64,000 nt of DNA from assembly GCA_965242965.1 (NCBI GenBank), contig OZ251518.1, positions 4,498,181-4,562,180 of the forward strand. Reading direction: 5' to 3'. The DNA comes from Candidatus Poribacteria bacterium (GTDB lineage Bacteria > Poribacteria > WGA-4E > WGA-3G). The position numbers and the translations under genes were made by a program. Of the stretch, positions 30,538-40,640 are shown piece by piece. The notes beneath the pieces are model-generated. The model searched no databases. It had not been told where the DNA came from and saw nothing but the letters and a program-made list of their open reading frames with translations. Each line of letters starts with the position of its first letter. Within the stretch, counting starts at the first letter, position 1.

Positions 30538-31563
30538 ATGACACGAAACACATCAGTCAGCATCACCGACGATGCATTCTATATTAACGGAGAAATTACG
30601 TATCCGGGGCGTTCCTACGAGGGGCACAAGGTTGAAGGGTTGCTGATGAACACCCGCATGGTGCAAGGCATCTTTGACGATAGGAACCCGGAAACGCTCC
30701 ACCGCTGGGAGTATCCAGACACCGGCAAGTGGGATGCCGAACGGAATACCCGCGAATTTCTCGCCGCCATGCCTGAATGGCGCGCACACGGTATCCTAGC
30801 ATTCACTATCAACTTGCAAGGCGGAAGCCCGGAGGGGTATTCTAAAGCGCAACCGTGGCACAACTCGGGGATTGAATCCGATGGCAGCCTCAATCCGGAT
30901 TACCTCTCGCGGCTGGAGAGAATTATCGCGCGCGCCGATGAGCTCGGCATGGTTGTCATTCTCGGCTACTTCTATTTTGGGCAAGACCATCGGCTCACCG
31001 ACGAGACGGCTGTCATCCGTGCTACTGACAACGCAACGCACTGGCTTTTTGAGCAGGGGTATACCAATGTTATCGTTGAGGTGAACAACGAATGCAACGT
31101 CCGCTATTCGCATGAGATTTTGCAACCGGAACGGGTGCATGAACTCATTGAACGCGTCAAAGCGACGACGCGCGATGGCAAAAGGTTCCTCGTCGGCACC
31201 AGTTATGGCGGCGGGAGGGTGCCGTTTGAAAACGTCGTCCGTGCATCCGATTTCCTGCTCGTCCATGGCAACGGTGTGAAGGATCCGAATCGCATCGTTG
31301 AGATGGTGCGGCAGACGCGCGAAGTGCCCGGTTACCGCCCGATGCCCATCCTCTTCAACGAGGATGATCATTTCGATTTTGACAAACCGCTTAACAACTG
31401 CGTTGCTGCTGTTAGTCAATACGCCTCTTGGGGTTACTTTGACCCGGGCGAAAACGACTATCACCACGGGTATCAGTCTGTGCCGGTGCAGTGGCAAATC
31501 AACACGCCGCGCAAGCGCGCCTTTTTTAACAAAGTCCGTGACATCACCGGCGTAAGCCGATAG
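30538..31563 (+). CDS. putative TIM-barrel glycoside hydrolase (GH5-like), family uncertain
   Basis: ATG at 30538, in frame with track ORF 30493. IVEVNNECN and FNEDDHFDF motifs suggest a GH5-like acid/base and nucleophile arrangement. Weak call. Confidence 0.3.
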   Translation: MTRNTSVSITDDAFYINGEITYPGRSYEGHKVEGLLMNTRMVQGIFDDRNPETLHRWEYPDTGKWDAERNTREFLAAMPEWRAHGILAFTINLQGGSPEGYSKAQPWHNSGIESDGSLNPDYLSRLERIIARADELGMVVILGYFYFGQDHRLTDETAVIRATDNATHWLFEQGYTNVIVEVNNECNVRYSHEILQPERVHELIERVKATTRDGKRFLVGTSYGGGRVPFENVVRASDFLLVHGNGVKDPNRIVEMVRQTREVPGYRPMPILFNEDDHFDFDKPLNNCVAAVSQYASWGYFDPGENDYHHGYQSVPVQWQINTPRKRAFFNKVRDITGVSR

Positions 31564-31613
31564 CCGCGGTTTCTACCCGCGCCCACACTTAATAACAAAA
31601 GGAAAACCACGAT

Positions 31614-32387
31614 ATGCCTCAAATTCCGCCAATTTATCTTGCGATTGCAATTGCCGTTGTCGTGATGCTCGCTACCAGCATTCGCATCCTCAAAGAATAC
31701 GAACGCGCCGTCATCTTCCGCCTCGGCCGGTTGACAGGCACGCGAGGGCCCGGGCTCGTCCTCTTGATTCCGTTTTGGATTGAACGGATGCAGCGCATCA
31801 GCCTCCGCGTCATCGTCAACGATGTCACCCCGCAAGATGTCATTACCAAAGACAACGTCTCCGTTAGCGTCAACGCCGTGCTGACATTCAGAGTCGTTGG
31901 AGCTGACCGGGCTGTGATAGAGGTGGAGGACTTCGGGTTCGCCATCTCTCAAGTTGCGCAAACGACACTCCGTAGTGTGCTCGGACGCGCTGAACTCGAT
32001 GACCTGCTCTCTGAACGCGAAAAACTCAATCAAGACTTGGAAGCAATCATCAAAGAGCACTGTGAACCGTGGGGAGTTGAGGTGCTTGCTATGGAGATTA
32101 AGCACGTCGATTTGCCGGCAGAGATGCAGCGCGCCATGGCGAAGCAGGCGGAAGCAGAACGCGAACGCCGCGCAAAAGTCACGCATGCACAGGGAGAATT
32201 GGAATCGGCACAGGCATTAACTGGCGCAGCCCAAGTCTTGAGCGAATCGCCGACAGCCTTGCAACTCCGCTTCCTGCAGGCATTGGTAGAGGTGAGTGCG
32301 GAGAAAAACTCTACCGTCGTCTTCCCCATTCCGATCGATCTGCTGAGTCCGTTTTTGAACAAGGAGACAGAAAAGGAGAAGTGGTAA
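31614..32387 (+). CDS. SPFH/band-7 (stomatin/slipin-like) membrane protein
   Basis: 257 aa. N-terminal TM helix and an SPFH core (VIFRLGRL...[12 protein letters not shown]...ERERRAKV). Confidence 0.75.
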   Translation: MPQIPPIYLAIAIAVVVMLATSIRILKEYERAVIFRLGRLTGTRGPGLVLLIPFWIERMQRISLRVIVNDVTPQDVITKDNVSVSVNAVLTFRVVGADRAVIEVEDFGFAISQVAQTTLRSVLGRAELDDLLSEREKLNQDLEAIIKEHCEPWGVEVLAMEIKHVDLPAEMQRAMAKQAEAERERRAKVTHAQGELESAQALTGAAQVLSESPTALQLRFLQALVEVSAEKNSTVVFPIPIDLLSPFLNKETEKEKW

Positions 32388-32399
32388 GTTTGTCAAGGC

Positions 32400-32665
32400 G
32401 GATGGCTCGCTCTTTCCCCGGTAAGAGTCTCGATTTCTTTGTCGATTTTTGCTGTCGGCGCGCTGTCCTGGTCTCGATGCGAGCGATGGCCCGGTAGGCG
32501 AGACCTCCTGGTCTCGATTTCTTCCTCCCGGTCTCGATGTGGTTTCGTATCGGGACAAGGATGTCCCTCCTACCGGGAAGGCATCGGGCCCACCGCTGTC
32601 GTTTGCAAGTGCCTGAACTACAGGGGTGCATCGAGACCAGGAGGTCTCTCCTACGGTTGACAAAC
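32400..32665. repeat. composite B-D-E repeat module (GAGACC-AGGA-GGTCTC hairpins; CGGGACAAGGATGTCCC; double hairpin E)
   Basis: The same composite order occurs at 10380-10560, 11575-11850 and 49975-50130. Confidence 0.7.
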
Positions 32666-32670
32666 TGCGC

Positions 32671-33726
32671 CTACCAATCCTCATCGTAAAACGGGGTGCT
32701 AGGATAGCTGTAGACGTTCCCCTCATAATTACGCATTTGGATTTCATCGTCGTCAAAGGTGACAACCGGGTCTGGGATAAGGGCGATTTTTCCACCGCCG
32801 CCCGGTGCATCGACGACATAGTGCGGCACGCCGAGCCCGGAGATATGTCCACGCAGTGCCGCGACAATCTCTAACCCGGTCTTCACCGCTGTGCGGAAAT
32901 GATCTGTGCCGACAACCAGGTCTGCCTGATAGATATAGTAAGGCTTCACCCGGATACGCAGCAACTTCTTCATGAGCTCCACCATCACCGCTGGTTCATC
33001 GTTGACACCTTTGAGGAGCACCGTCTGGTTGCCGAGTGGGATGCCGGCATCTGCCAGCATGCCGCACGCTTTCTCGGTTTCCGGTGTAATCTCGCGCGGA
33101 TGGTTGAAGTGCGTGTTGATGTAAAACGGGTGATTCGCCTTCAAAATCGCGCACAACGCCGGGGTTATCCGCTGAGGCAGCGTCACTGGTACGCGCGAAC
33201 CGATCCGGATAATCTCCAGATGTTTTATGGCGCGAAGCCCGCTGACGATGTAGTCAATCTTCTTATCCGTTAACATGAGCGGATCCCCCCCGGAGATAAT
33301 GACATCGCGAATCTCCGGATGTGCCTGAATATAGGCGAGCCCTGTCTCAATGTTGTTCTCGGAAATCGAGTGCGGGTCACCGACTTTCCGCTTGCGCGTG
33401 CAAAATCGGCAGTAGATCGGGCACATATAGTTGACGTAGAAGAGCGCCCGGTCCGGATAGCGATGCGTGACGTTCGGCACCTCGCTATCGTCTTCTTCGT
33501 GCAACGGGTCCTCCACACCGGTGCTGATGAGTTCACGCCGGTCTGGGACAACCTGCTTCCAGATCGCGTCCCCTGGTTCTTCAATCAGGCTGAGATAGTA
33601 GGGGTTAATACGGATGGGGAATTCCTTGTGAACGCGCCGCATTTCTTCAACATCGACATCAAAGACAGCGGCGAGTTTTTCGGGAGTGTTCACTGTATCC
33701 CGAACGAGTTGTTTCCATTCTTCCAT
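32671..33726 (-). CDS. KamA-family radical-SAM lysine 2,3-aminomutase-like protein
   Basis: ATG at 33726 with AGGAGG RBS. CPIYCRFCTRK radical-SAM cluster motif. The 351-aa size is closer to EpmB/YjeK than to long KamA. Confidence 0.75.
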   Translation of the reverse strand: MEEWKQLVRDTVNTPEKLAAVFDVDVEEMRRVHKEFPIRINPYYLSLIEEPGDAIWKQVVPDRRELISTGVEDPLHEEDDSEVPNVTHRYPDRALFYVNYMCPIYCRFCTRKRKVGDPHSISENNIETGLAYIQAHPEIRDVIISGGDPLMLTDKKIDYIVSGLRAIKHLEIIRIGSRVPVTLPQRITPALCAILKANHPFYINTHFNHPREITPETEKACGMLADAGIPLGNQTVLLKGVNDEPAVMVELMKKLLRIRVKPYYIYQADLVVGTDHFRTAVKTGLEIVAALRGHISGLGVPHYVVDAPGGGGKIALIPDPVVTFDDDEIQMRNYEGNVYSYPSTPFYDEDW

Positions 33727-33744
33727 TGCGTTGTTTCCTCCTGT

Positions 33745-33778
33745 TGGGGTGCGCGGCGGCAAACCGCGCACCCCAAAT
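33745..33778 (-). terminator. GC-rich hairpin between the cyclophilin gene and kamA (GGGGTGCGCGG..CCGCGCACCCC)
   Basis: 11-bp stem around CGGCAAA. Weak U-tract. Confidence 0.35.
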
Positions 33779-33792
33779 TAGGTTGAGTGGTG

Positions 33793-34326
33793 TTACGGGG
33801 AAGCCGAGTAATTTTCCAACGTTACTTTGCGCATGACATCGCCTTGGCGTAGCGCATCCACGACATCCATCCCCTTGATGACTCTTCCAAACGTGGTGTA
33901 GTCCCCATTGAGATGGACATACCGCGTCGCATCGGTTCCCAGACAGATGTAAAATTGACTGCCTGCGGAATTAGGGTTACGCGTGCGTGCCATCGCGAGC
34001 ACGCCTTTTTCGTGCGGCGGCATCTTCTCGCGGAGGCCCGGGTCTTGAAATTCACCTGGAATTGTCCAACCGGGTCCGCCGCGGCCAGTGCCTTCCGGAT
34101 CACCGCCTTGGATGACGAAGCCGGGGACGTATCGATGAAACTTCAAGCCGTTGTAGAATTCCGCCTCAATCAGTTTGGCGAAATTCGCGACCGTGGCAGG
34201 GGCGGCTTCCGGATAAAGTTCAATAACAATGTTGCCTTTATCGGTTTCAAGCGTTACAGTAGGTAGCCGTTCGCCGTGGCACGAAAAAAGCGTCAGCGCG
34301 AAGGCACCTAAGATTCCAATTCGCAT
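33793..34326 (-). CDS. cyclophilin-type peptidyl-prolyl cis-trans isomerase, secreted/lipoprotein
   Basis: ATG at 34326, re-called; the track's extension to 34629 runs through repeats. HRYVPGFVIQGGDP and FYICLG cyclophilin motifs. Confidence 0.8.
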   Translation of the reverse strand: MRIGILGAFALTLFSCHGERLPTVTLETDKGNIVIELYPEAAPATVANFAKLIEAEFYNGLKFHRYVPGFVIQGGDPEGTGRGGPGWTIPGEFQDPGLREKMPPHEKGVLAMARTRNPNSAGSQFYICLGTDATRYVHLNGDYTTFGRVIKGMDVVDALRQGDVMRKVTLENYSASP

Positions 34327-34499
34327 TGTCTTTACGTTTGCTCCATTTTTAGAACTGCGCAGGTTTCCCCAGAGCGCGCCTACCGGCGGCGTAAATAAGG
34401 GATTTGCGGCTGTCTTGTTTAAACTGATATGCATTATACATTTATTTCGGCAGAAAGTCAAGAAAATTTTTGGAATCCCTGAGATGGGCTTGTCAGGAC

Positions 34500-35000
34500 A
34501 GGTAACTGAGGGTGTTTCATATTTCGATGTGTTCGGTAGGAAAGACCTCGGGGCTCGATTTCCGGTAGGAGAGACCTCCCGGTCTCGATGTTCCCGTAGC
34601 GCGGGGGCCCTCGGATGCCATCCGCGCATCCGAGCGGGTTTCCCCCGCGAGCGTTGGATTGCGCGGAGGCTGGCGAGGGACAGGCCCTCGCCCTACGGTG
34701 AACGGGGACGATTTCTTACTTGTTACCGTAGCGCGGGGGCCTGTCCCCCGAGATCTCTCAACCTCTGCGGAAAACGCCAGCAGCCCAGAGCCCACGGATG
34801 TTTGCTGCTCAGACCGGTGCACGGCGAGGGACAGGCCCTCGCCCTACGGTGAAAGCGGCACTCAAGCATAGCGAGGGAAACCCTCTCGCATGCGCGTGTG
34901 GCATGCGAGGGCCCTCGCCCTACGTGAAGGAGCGGCGTTTTTTTACCGTAGCAGGGACATGTCACCGCTACGTTGGGCGATTTATGAAACACCCTCAGAT
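34500..35000. repeat. composite element bounded by inverted family-G ends (GAGGGTGTTTCATA ... TATGAAACACCCTC) enclosing family B and A copies
   Basis: Left G at 34505-34525 and right G at 34978-34995 are in inverted orientation. Confidence 0.6.
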
Positions 35001-35179
35001 AACTCTGTCTGGCTACCGTTCCGAGAGGACGAGTGTGGCTATGGACAAGAGGAAATCGAGACCAGGAGGTCTCGCCTACGGGTTCAGAGAGAACACAGAC
35101 GGCTATGGACATTCGTCCTTACAAACGGCGGAACAAGGAATCGAAAACTAATCAAATCTGGGTGCACGGCAAATTTGCC

Positions 35180-35208
35180 TTGACATCTTTCTTTAGATGT
35201 GGTATTCT
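35180..35208 (+). promoter_or_regulatory. sigma70-like promoter for disA (TTGACA-17-TATTCT)
   Basis: TTGACA at 35180-35185, 17-nt spacer, TATTCT at 35203-35208. GGAGG RBS lies 8 nt before GTG at 35230. Confidence 0.4.
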
Positions 35209-35229
35209 ATATAAACGGAGGTGAGCGCG

Positions 35230-36330
35230 GTGCAGAATATCCCGACAGAAAATCAGCGGGAACGCGAGTTGGTGGCGGCGTTAAAGCTGCTCTCGCCGGG
35301 GACTTCGCTGAGGGAAGGTATTGATTATATTATCCAAGGCAAAACGGGCGGCTTGATTGTCGTTGGCGATACGCCGGCGATTCTGAATCTGGTAGAAGGC
35401 GGCTTCCGCATCAACTCGCGGTATACACCGATGCGGTTGTATGAATTGGCGAAAATGGACGGTGCCATCATTCTGTCTGAAGATATGAAGCGGATTGTCC
35501 GCGCCAATGTGACGCTGCGGCTCAACCCCTCTATTGACTCTGGCGAAACGGGGCTCCGGCATCGCGCTGGGGATAAGTTCGCGAAGCAGACGGGACATAT
35601 CGTCCTCGCCGTGTCACAAAGTCGGAATACGTTGTCCCTCTATCTCCGGAATCAGCGTTACATTTTCCGGGAGCGGCCGAGTCTGATTTCGGGCGCGAAC
35701 CAGGCGATGCTTGCGCTGACGCAGTATGTCAAGGCGATGCAAAACGCCATGGCAATACTGAATTGGGTGGAATTAAGAGGTGATACCACGCTGGCGGATG
35801 TCGTCACAGCCATCCAATTGTGTGAACGCGTGCGCCGCACCGAATACGAGTTGAACCGATACCGCATTGAATTAGGCACGCATGCGCAGTCACTGCAACT
35901 CATTCCATCGGAATTGACTGCCGAGATTGAGCGCGGGCTCCTGGTGATTAAGGACTACTATCACGAAAGTCTGCCGGATGCGTATCAGGCTTATGAAAAG
36001 ATTCTGCGGCTTGATGCGAACAGCCTCGCGAGCCGGGGCACTATCAGCACAGCCTTGGGATACCCGCCTGATGCCGGTAACGCCGCAGAAGTGCTGGAGC
36101 CGCGCGGGTATCGGGTAATGAGTCTGATTCCGCGCACCCCGCTCAGCGTTATTGAAAACATCGTTCAGCGGTTCAAAAGGTTGGAGGCTATCGCCAATGC
36201 CACCGTCGCTGAGTTGGAGACGGTTGAAGGTGTCTGCAAGGCGAGAGCCACGGCGATTAAGGAGGCACTTGTCGATATGAAAACGGCGGCTGTCCAACCT
36301 GAAATCGTGGCGTTATCTGTGTTTGAATAG
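35230..36330 (+). CDS. disA: DNA integrity scanning protein DisA (diadenylate cyclase)
   Basis: GTG at 35230 after GGAGG. DAC domain motifs (DGAIIL, RHRAG) and a C-terminal HhH DNA-binding region. Aligns to B. subtilis DisA from memory. Confidence 0.75.
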   Translation: MQNIPTENQRERELVAALKLLSPGTSLREGIDYIIQGKTGGLIVVGDTPAILNLVEGGFRINSRYTPMRLYELAKMDGAIILSEDMKRIVRANVTLRLNPSIDSGETGLRHRAGDKFAKQTGHIVLAVSQSRNTLSLYLRNQRYIFRERPSLISGANQAMLALTQYVKAMQNAMAILNWVELRGDTTLADVVTAIQLCERVRRTEYELNRYRIELGTHAQSLQLIPSELTAEIERGLLVIKDYYHESLPDAYQAYEKILRLDANSLASRGTISTALGYPPDAGNAAEVLEPRGYRVMSLIPRTPLSVIENIVQRFKRLEAIANATVAELETVEGVCKARATAIKEALVDMKTAAVQPEIVALSVFE

Positions 36331-36390
36331 CAACGGCGTGGTTGCGCTAAAATAGAAACCAAAACTTAACCGAAAAAAAGGAGCCACAAA

Positions 36391-37737
36391 ATGAGACAAT
36401 TCATCGCTTTCGCGCGCGAAGTGTTGTTCAAAGTGAACGTGCGCGCGCTCAACCGTATGAAAACACCGTTAGCGGCGTTCCTTGCCATCTCGCTATGTGT
36501 TGCAGGATGCGGCGGGCAACTCGGAACCCTCAAACCGCCGGAAGTTGAAAGCGCGCTTGCACAGGCGGAATCGGCGATTGAAAAAGCACGTGATGCAGAC
36601 GCGCGCACGCTCGCACCCGGTGCATTTGAATCGGCGGAGACACACCTCGCCGACGCGAAGATTGCCCTCAAGGAAAAGCGTGGTGCCGATGCACTGCGCC
36701 TCGCGTATCAAGCCGCTTCTGATGCCAAAGTCGCGCGCAAAGTGGCAGTTGACACTGATAAGAACGCGGCACTGAACGCACGCATCCTTGAGAAGGAAGC
36801 GAACGCGAAAAGACTCCGTGAAACCCTCAACACGAAAGAGCAGGAGTTGGCGAAGGCAGAGGCGCGGATAGAACGGCTCAGCATTGAGGAGAGACAGCTG
36901 AAACGTCAAATCAGCAGGGTGGAGAAAGAGAAACGTGAACTGAGGACTAAACGGGAGAGTTACGGAAAACAGGTTGCAACTCTCCGAGAAACCTTGGAAT
37001 CGATTCACGAGCGTTCAAAGCGCGCGGAAACCGAACTCCGGAACTACGGCAAAGAAATTGCCGAGTTGCGTCGCAAACTGGAAGTTGCCGACAGGATGAT
37101 TCGGGAGGAAGGCCATCAGAAACGTGCAGCTATTGCGGAAGCCGAATCTCTTCGGAAGCAACTGCGCGAGCAGGCGAAAATCTATACCGATAAACTGGCG
37201 GCGGCGAATCAGCGCAGCACGGCGGCAAAGCATGAGGATTACCTCAAGCAGAAGGTGGCGGAGGCGCGTGCGTTCGTCCAGAGTCAGCAGCATCAGCCTG
37301 TTAAAACCGGGCGCACCTCGCTTTCTTCGGAGCAGATTGCCGCGGGTAAGGCGGCACTTAACAGGTGGAACAACGCGTGGGATAGCAAAAACCTCACCGC
37401 GCATCTCTCCTTTTACGCGCCGAACGTCATCGCCGATAAAGTTGTTATTCGTGAGAGCAAGGAGCATCGCACGAAAATCGAACGTGGGCAGCTTGAAGCC
37501 GCCCTTCGCGCAATGAGCGAACACCCTTGGCGCAAAATTAAGGGAAGCACCGAAGTTGAAGGCGAAAGCGTCATCGGCATTTACCAATTGAGCCGACTCG
37601 TCGTCCCCGCGGAAGACGAAGATGCCACGGCACTCTACAATATCTGGAAGCGCGAAGTCTGGATGCACCAAGTCGGTGAGGCGTGGAAAGTCCATCACGA
37701 ACTCTGGCAGATTTACGAGAACGTGCCAAATTTCTAA
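36391..37737 (+). CDS. coiled-coil protein with lipoprotein-like signal and C-terminal NTF2-like (SnoaL/DUF4440-type) domain
   Basis: ATG at 36391 with AAGGAG RBS. Internal lipobox (VAGCGG). Long E/K/R coiled coil. C-terminus (LNRWNNAWDSKNL...) resembles the repeats of the next gene. Confidence 0.45.
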   Translation: MRQFIAFAREVLFKVNVRALNRMKTPLAAFLAISLCVAGCGGQLGTLKPPEVESALAQAESAIEKARDADARTLAPGAFESAETHLADAKIALKEKRGADALRLAYQAASDAKVARKVAVDTDKNAALNARILEKEANAKRLRETLNTKEQELAKAEARIERLSIEERQLKRQISRVEKEKRELRTKRESYGKQVATLRETLESIHERSKRAETELRNYGKEIAELRRKLEVADRMIREEGHQKRAAIAEAESLRKQLREQAKIYTDKLAAANQRSTAAKHEDYLKQKVAEARAFVQSQQHQPVKTGRTSLSSEQIAAGKAALNRWNNAWDSKNLTAHLSFYAPNVIADKVVIRESKEHRTKIERGQLEAALRAMSEHPWRKIKGSTEVEGESVIGIYQLSRLVVPAEDEDATALYNIWKREVWMHQVGEAWKVHHELWQIYENVPNF

Positions 37738-37878
37738 AAATTCAAGGCAGACACACGCTGGTGGACGCGGTTTTTAACCGCGCCTACCCGCACAGTAAGT
37801 CTTGGATTGTAAGGGTGGATTGTTATATCCACCCGACAATGGCCTGTTTATAGGGGCCTGTTTATAGGAGATGAGTTT

Positions 37879-39309
37879 ATGAACGGTTCCCAAAACCCGA
37901 ACCCAAATCCGAGCCCAAAGCAACCCGCTATCCCGCGTAACCTGATATGGGGTGGGGCAATCGCGGGTATCGTCATCGTCCTCATTGCATTCGTTGTGAT
38001 GTTCATGAGTTCCAGTGAAACGCCGGAGGCTTTTTTGGCGCGCTGGAAAAGCACGCTTGAGTCCGGTAACCTGAAGAAGTATGAGGGGCTGTGGCTGCCG
38101 AACGCGCGGCGGAAGTATGCGCAAGACTATAAACGGACAGCAGAACTGCTCACGGCGGACAGTCAAGCGCGCTTTGAGGTGAATCTCAGCCGTGCCCCTT
38201 CGCCGCGCCGCGTGCCGCGCTACCCGAACCGCTCGCAGATTGAGGGCATCCCGTTAGTGGTGCATTTCCCCGGCGAACCCCAACAGCAAGTGCGGAACCT
38301 GACTATTGAACGGAAAGGCATCATCCAGAAACGGTGGAAGATTGTCAAGGATGAGATAGTCGGACAAGAGTTTGCCACCGTGGATACCACGCCGCAAATT
38401 GAGGATACTTCGGAGCCTACGGCAACGCCGCCGAACAGCCCGGTTGTGCCGTTAGTCCAAGCGTGGAAAAACGCGCTGGCATCGCAAGATGTCAAGAAGT
38501 ATACCAAACTCTGGGATAAATCGGCGCAGAAAAAGCAGAAGGCGAACTTCCAAAATGCCAAAAGAGCGATGTCTCAAGCACCGAGTGTTGACTTGTCGCA
38601 GGCTACCTACGTCGCCGTGCCGGGACAGAAGGACAGACACATCGTCTCGGATATTGGTGTGACGTTGTATGATGGCGGCACGCCGATTGAAACACACTCC
38701 CGCACCCTCACAATCGAGAAAAAGGGGTTTATCTGGAAAAAGTGGAAATTGATAAACGATGAAATCGGCGGCGAGTCGACGAATCCTGAACCTGTCGTGC
38801 AATACGAAGAACCGACGACAGACACCGTCTCCGGTGAAGAATCCGGCGGGACGTTTGCCGGGAACGCACCGTTGGATACGCAACTGAAAGTGCGTCAGGT
38901 GCTTGGAAAATGGCAGTCCGCGTGGGAGGGGAAGAACCTCGATACCTACATGTCTACTTACGCTGCGCGGGCGCAAATCACGCGCGTCACTGTAAGCGGC
39001 GGTGGGAAGGGCAAAACTACCTATCTTACCAAAGCGCAACTCCGTGCGAAAATGCAACGCCTCAACCAAATGTATGCCGAAATCCAAGTGACGATTTCTA
39101 ACTTGCAGATTAACGGCGACAGAGCGGTGGCAGATGTCACCTTCTTGCAAAAATTCAAGGGAACGCCTGCATCAGGCACACGTCCCGCTTATTCCGATTA
39201 CGGCACCAAAAAACTGAATTTAATGGTAGATCCAGCCGATGGGCATTGGAAAATCTACGCCGAATCGTGGAATTACTACGAGGACGTTCCGGAATTCCCG
39301 AAGATGTAA
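37879..39309 (+). CDS. membrane-anchored protein with three tandem NTF2-like domains
   Basis: 476 aa with AGGAG RBS and one TM helix. Three repeats of the W(K/Q)xA(L/W)ExxNLxxYxxLW module. Confidence 0.4.
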   Translation: MNGSQNPNPNPSPKQPAIPRNLIWGGAIAGIVIVLIAFVVMFMSSSETPEAFLARWKSTLESGNLKKYEGLWLPNARRKYAQDYKRTAELLTADSQARFEVNLSRAPSPRRVPRYPNRSQIEGIPLVVHFPGEPQQQVRNLTIERKGIIQKRWKIVKDEIVGQEFATVDTTPQIEDTSEPTATPPNSPVVPLVQAWKNALASQDVKKYTKLWDKSAQKKQKANFQNAKRAMSQAPSVDLSQATYVAVPGQKDRHIVSDIGVTLYDGGTPIETHSRTLTIEKKGFIWKKWKLINDEIGGESTNPEPVVQYEEPTTDTVSGEESGGTFAGNAPLDTQLKVRQVLGKWQSAWEGKNLDTYMSTYAARAQITRVTVSGGGKGKTTYLTKAQLRAKMQRLNQMYAEIQVTISNLQINGDRAVADVTFLQKFKGTPASGTRPAYSDYGTKKLNLMVDPADGHWKIYAESWNYYEDVPEFPKM

Positions 39310-39367
39310 CGTTGTTCTATCATTCATAATCGTAGGGGTGGGGGATATTCCTCGCTAGGCATGCACC

Positions 39368-39784
39368 ATGCACACCGAATACCGAACGAAACGGAAAATA
39401 GAGTTCGTTGATACCGACATGGCAGGCATCGTCCATTTCACGCGATTTTTTGTGTTCATGGAAACAGCGGAACATGAATTCTTGCGAAGCCTCGGTACCA
39501 GTGTCGCAACCGAATGGAATGGTGACAAAATCGGATGGCCGCGGCTCGCCGCTTCGTGTGAGTATCTCCATCCGCTGCGGTTTGAAGATGAAGTGGATAT
39601 CCATTTGTCGGTTTCCAAAAAAAGCGAGAAATCGCTCACGTATCAATTCCGTTTTATGCATCAGGGAGCCGATGTAGCGCGCGGGACGGTGACGACAGTT
39701 TGCTGCGTCTGTAATCCGGGTGAAAAGTTGCGCGCTATTCCTATGCCTGATTTTATTGCGAATCAGATTCATCCGGTGTCTTAG
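39368..39784 (+). CDS. acyl-CoA thioesterase (4HBT hotdog fold, YbgC-like)
   Basis: 138 aa with the conserved hotdog N-terminus (EFVDTDMAGIVHFTRFFVFMETAEHEFL). Confidence 0.7.
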   Translation: MHTEYRTKRKIEFVDTDMAGIVHFTRFFVFMETAEHEFLRSLGTSVATEWNGDKIGWPRLAASCEYLHPLRFEDEVDIHLSVSKKSEKSLTYQFRFMHQGADVARGTVTTVCCVCNPGEKLRAIPMPDFIANQIHPVS

Positions 39785-39949
39785 GTTGTTCAATGTTCCC
39801 GTAGCGCGGGGGCCCTACGATGAAGGGGGGGCTTTCTGCCGCCGCGGCCTCGGAAGGCGCGCCGCCCTATTGCATCGAGACCAGGAGGTCTCGCCTACCG
39901 GGAAGAAATCGAGACAGAGAGGGCTCTCCTATCGGGAAGGCATTGATAT

Positions 39950-40609
39950 ATGAAACACCCTCACTTAAAAGTTTCTAACGTGCATAAGAGTTTCTGCGAT
40001 GTCCAAGTTCTGCGCGGCATTTCGTTTTCAGTTAGCGCGGGCGAGTCTGTGGCCATTACCGGTCCTTCTGGTTCCGGCAAAAGCACGTTGCTCCATCTCA
40101 TCGGCACGCTAGCGGCACCCTCCAGCGGCCGCGTTGCAATTAACAACGTCAATCCGTTTGATTTATCAGAGCGCGAGTTGGCTCGGTATCGGAACGCGGT
40201 GATCGGTTTCGTGTTCCAGGAACATCATCTGCTGCCGCAATATTCCGTGCTTGAAAATGTGCTGGTGCCGACGCTTGCGTTTAAAGAGAAATCCGATGCC
40301 ACACCGCGGGCCCAGGAGCTGCTCCAGCGCGTTGGACTAACGCATCGGCTGACGCATCGGCCGGGGGAACTTTCTGGTGGGGAACGTCAACGCGTCGCCA
40401 TCGCGCGCGCGCTCATCAACCGGCCGGGCCTTCTCCTCTGTGATGAGCCCACCGGCAATTTGGATAACGCTACTGCCGAGACTATCATCAATCTGCTGTT
40501 TGAGATGCATCGCGTGGAACAGAATATCTTAATCGTCGTCACGCACAACCTTGAGTTTGCATCTCGCTTTCAACATCACCTGAAACTCGCCGAAGGTGCC
40601 CTCGCCTGA
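39950..40609 (+). CDS. ABC transporter ATP-binding protein (MacB/LolD-type)
   Basis: Walker A (GPSGSGKST), ABC signature (LSGGERQRVAIARAL) and Walker B (LLLCDEPT). The start codon lies inside a family-G repeat (ATGAAACACCCTC). Confidence 0.8.
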   Translation: MKHPHLKVSNVHKSFCDVQVLRGISFSVSAGESVAITGPSGSGKSTLLHLIGTLAAPSSGRVAINNVNPFDLSERELARYRNAVIGFVFQEHHLLPQYSVLENVLVPTLAFKEKSDATPRAQELLQRVGLTHRLTHRPGELSGGERQRVAIARALINRPGLLLCDEPTGNLDNATAETIINLLFEMHRVEQNILIVVTHNLEFASRFQHHLKLAEGALA

Positions 40610-40640
40610 ACCTGAAATTGACTTGGCGCGAAACGAAAGA

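Noticed and set aside
32217-32867. 216-aa minus ORF spanning 32217..32867
   Set aside because: It runs through the B-D-E repeat composite and the 3' end of kamA. It is repeat-derived (VGETSWSR motifs).
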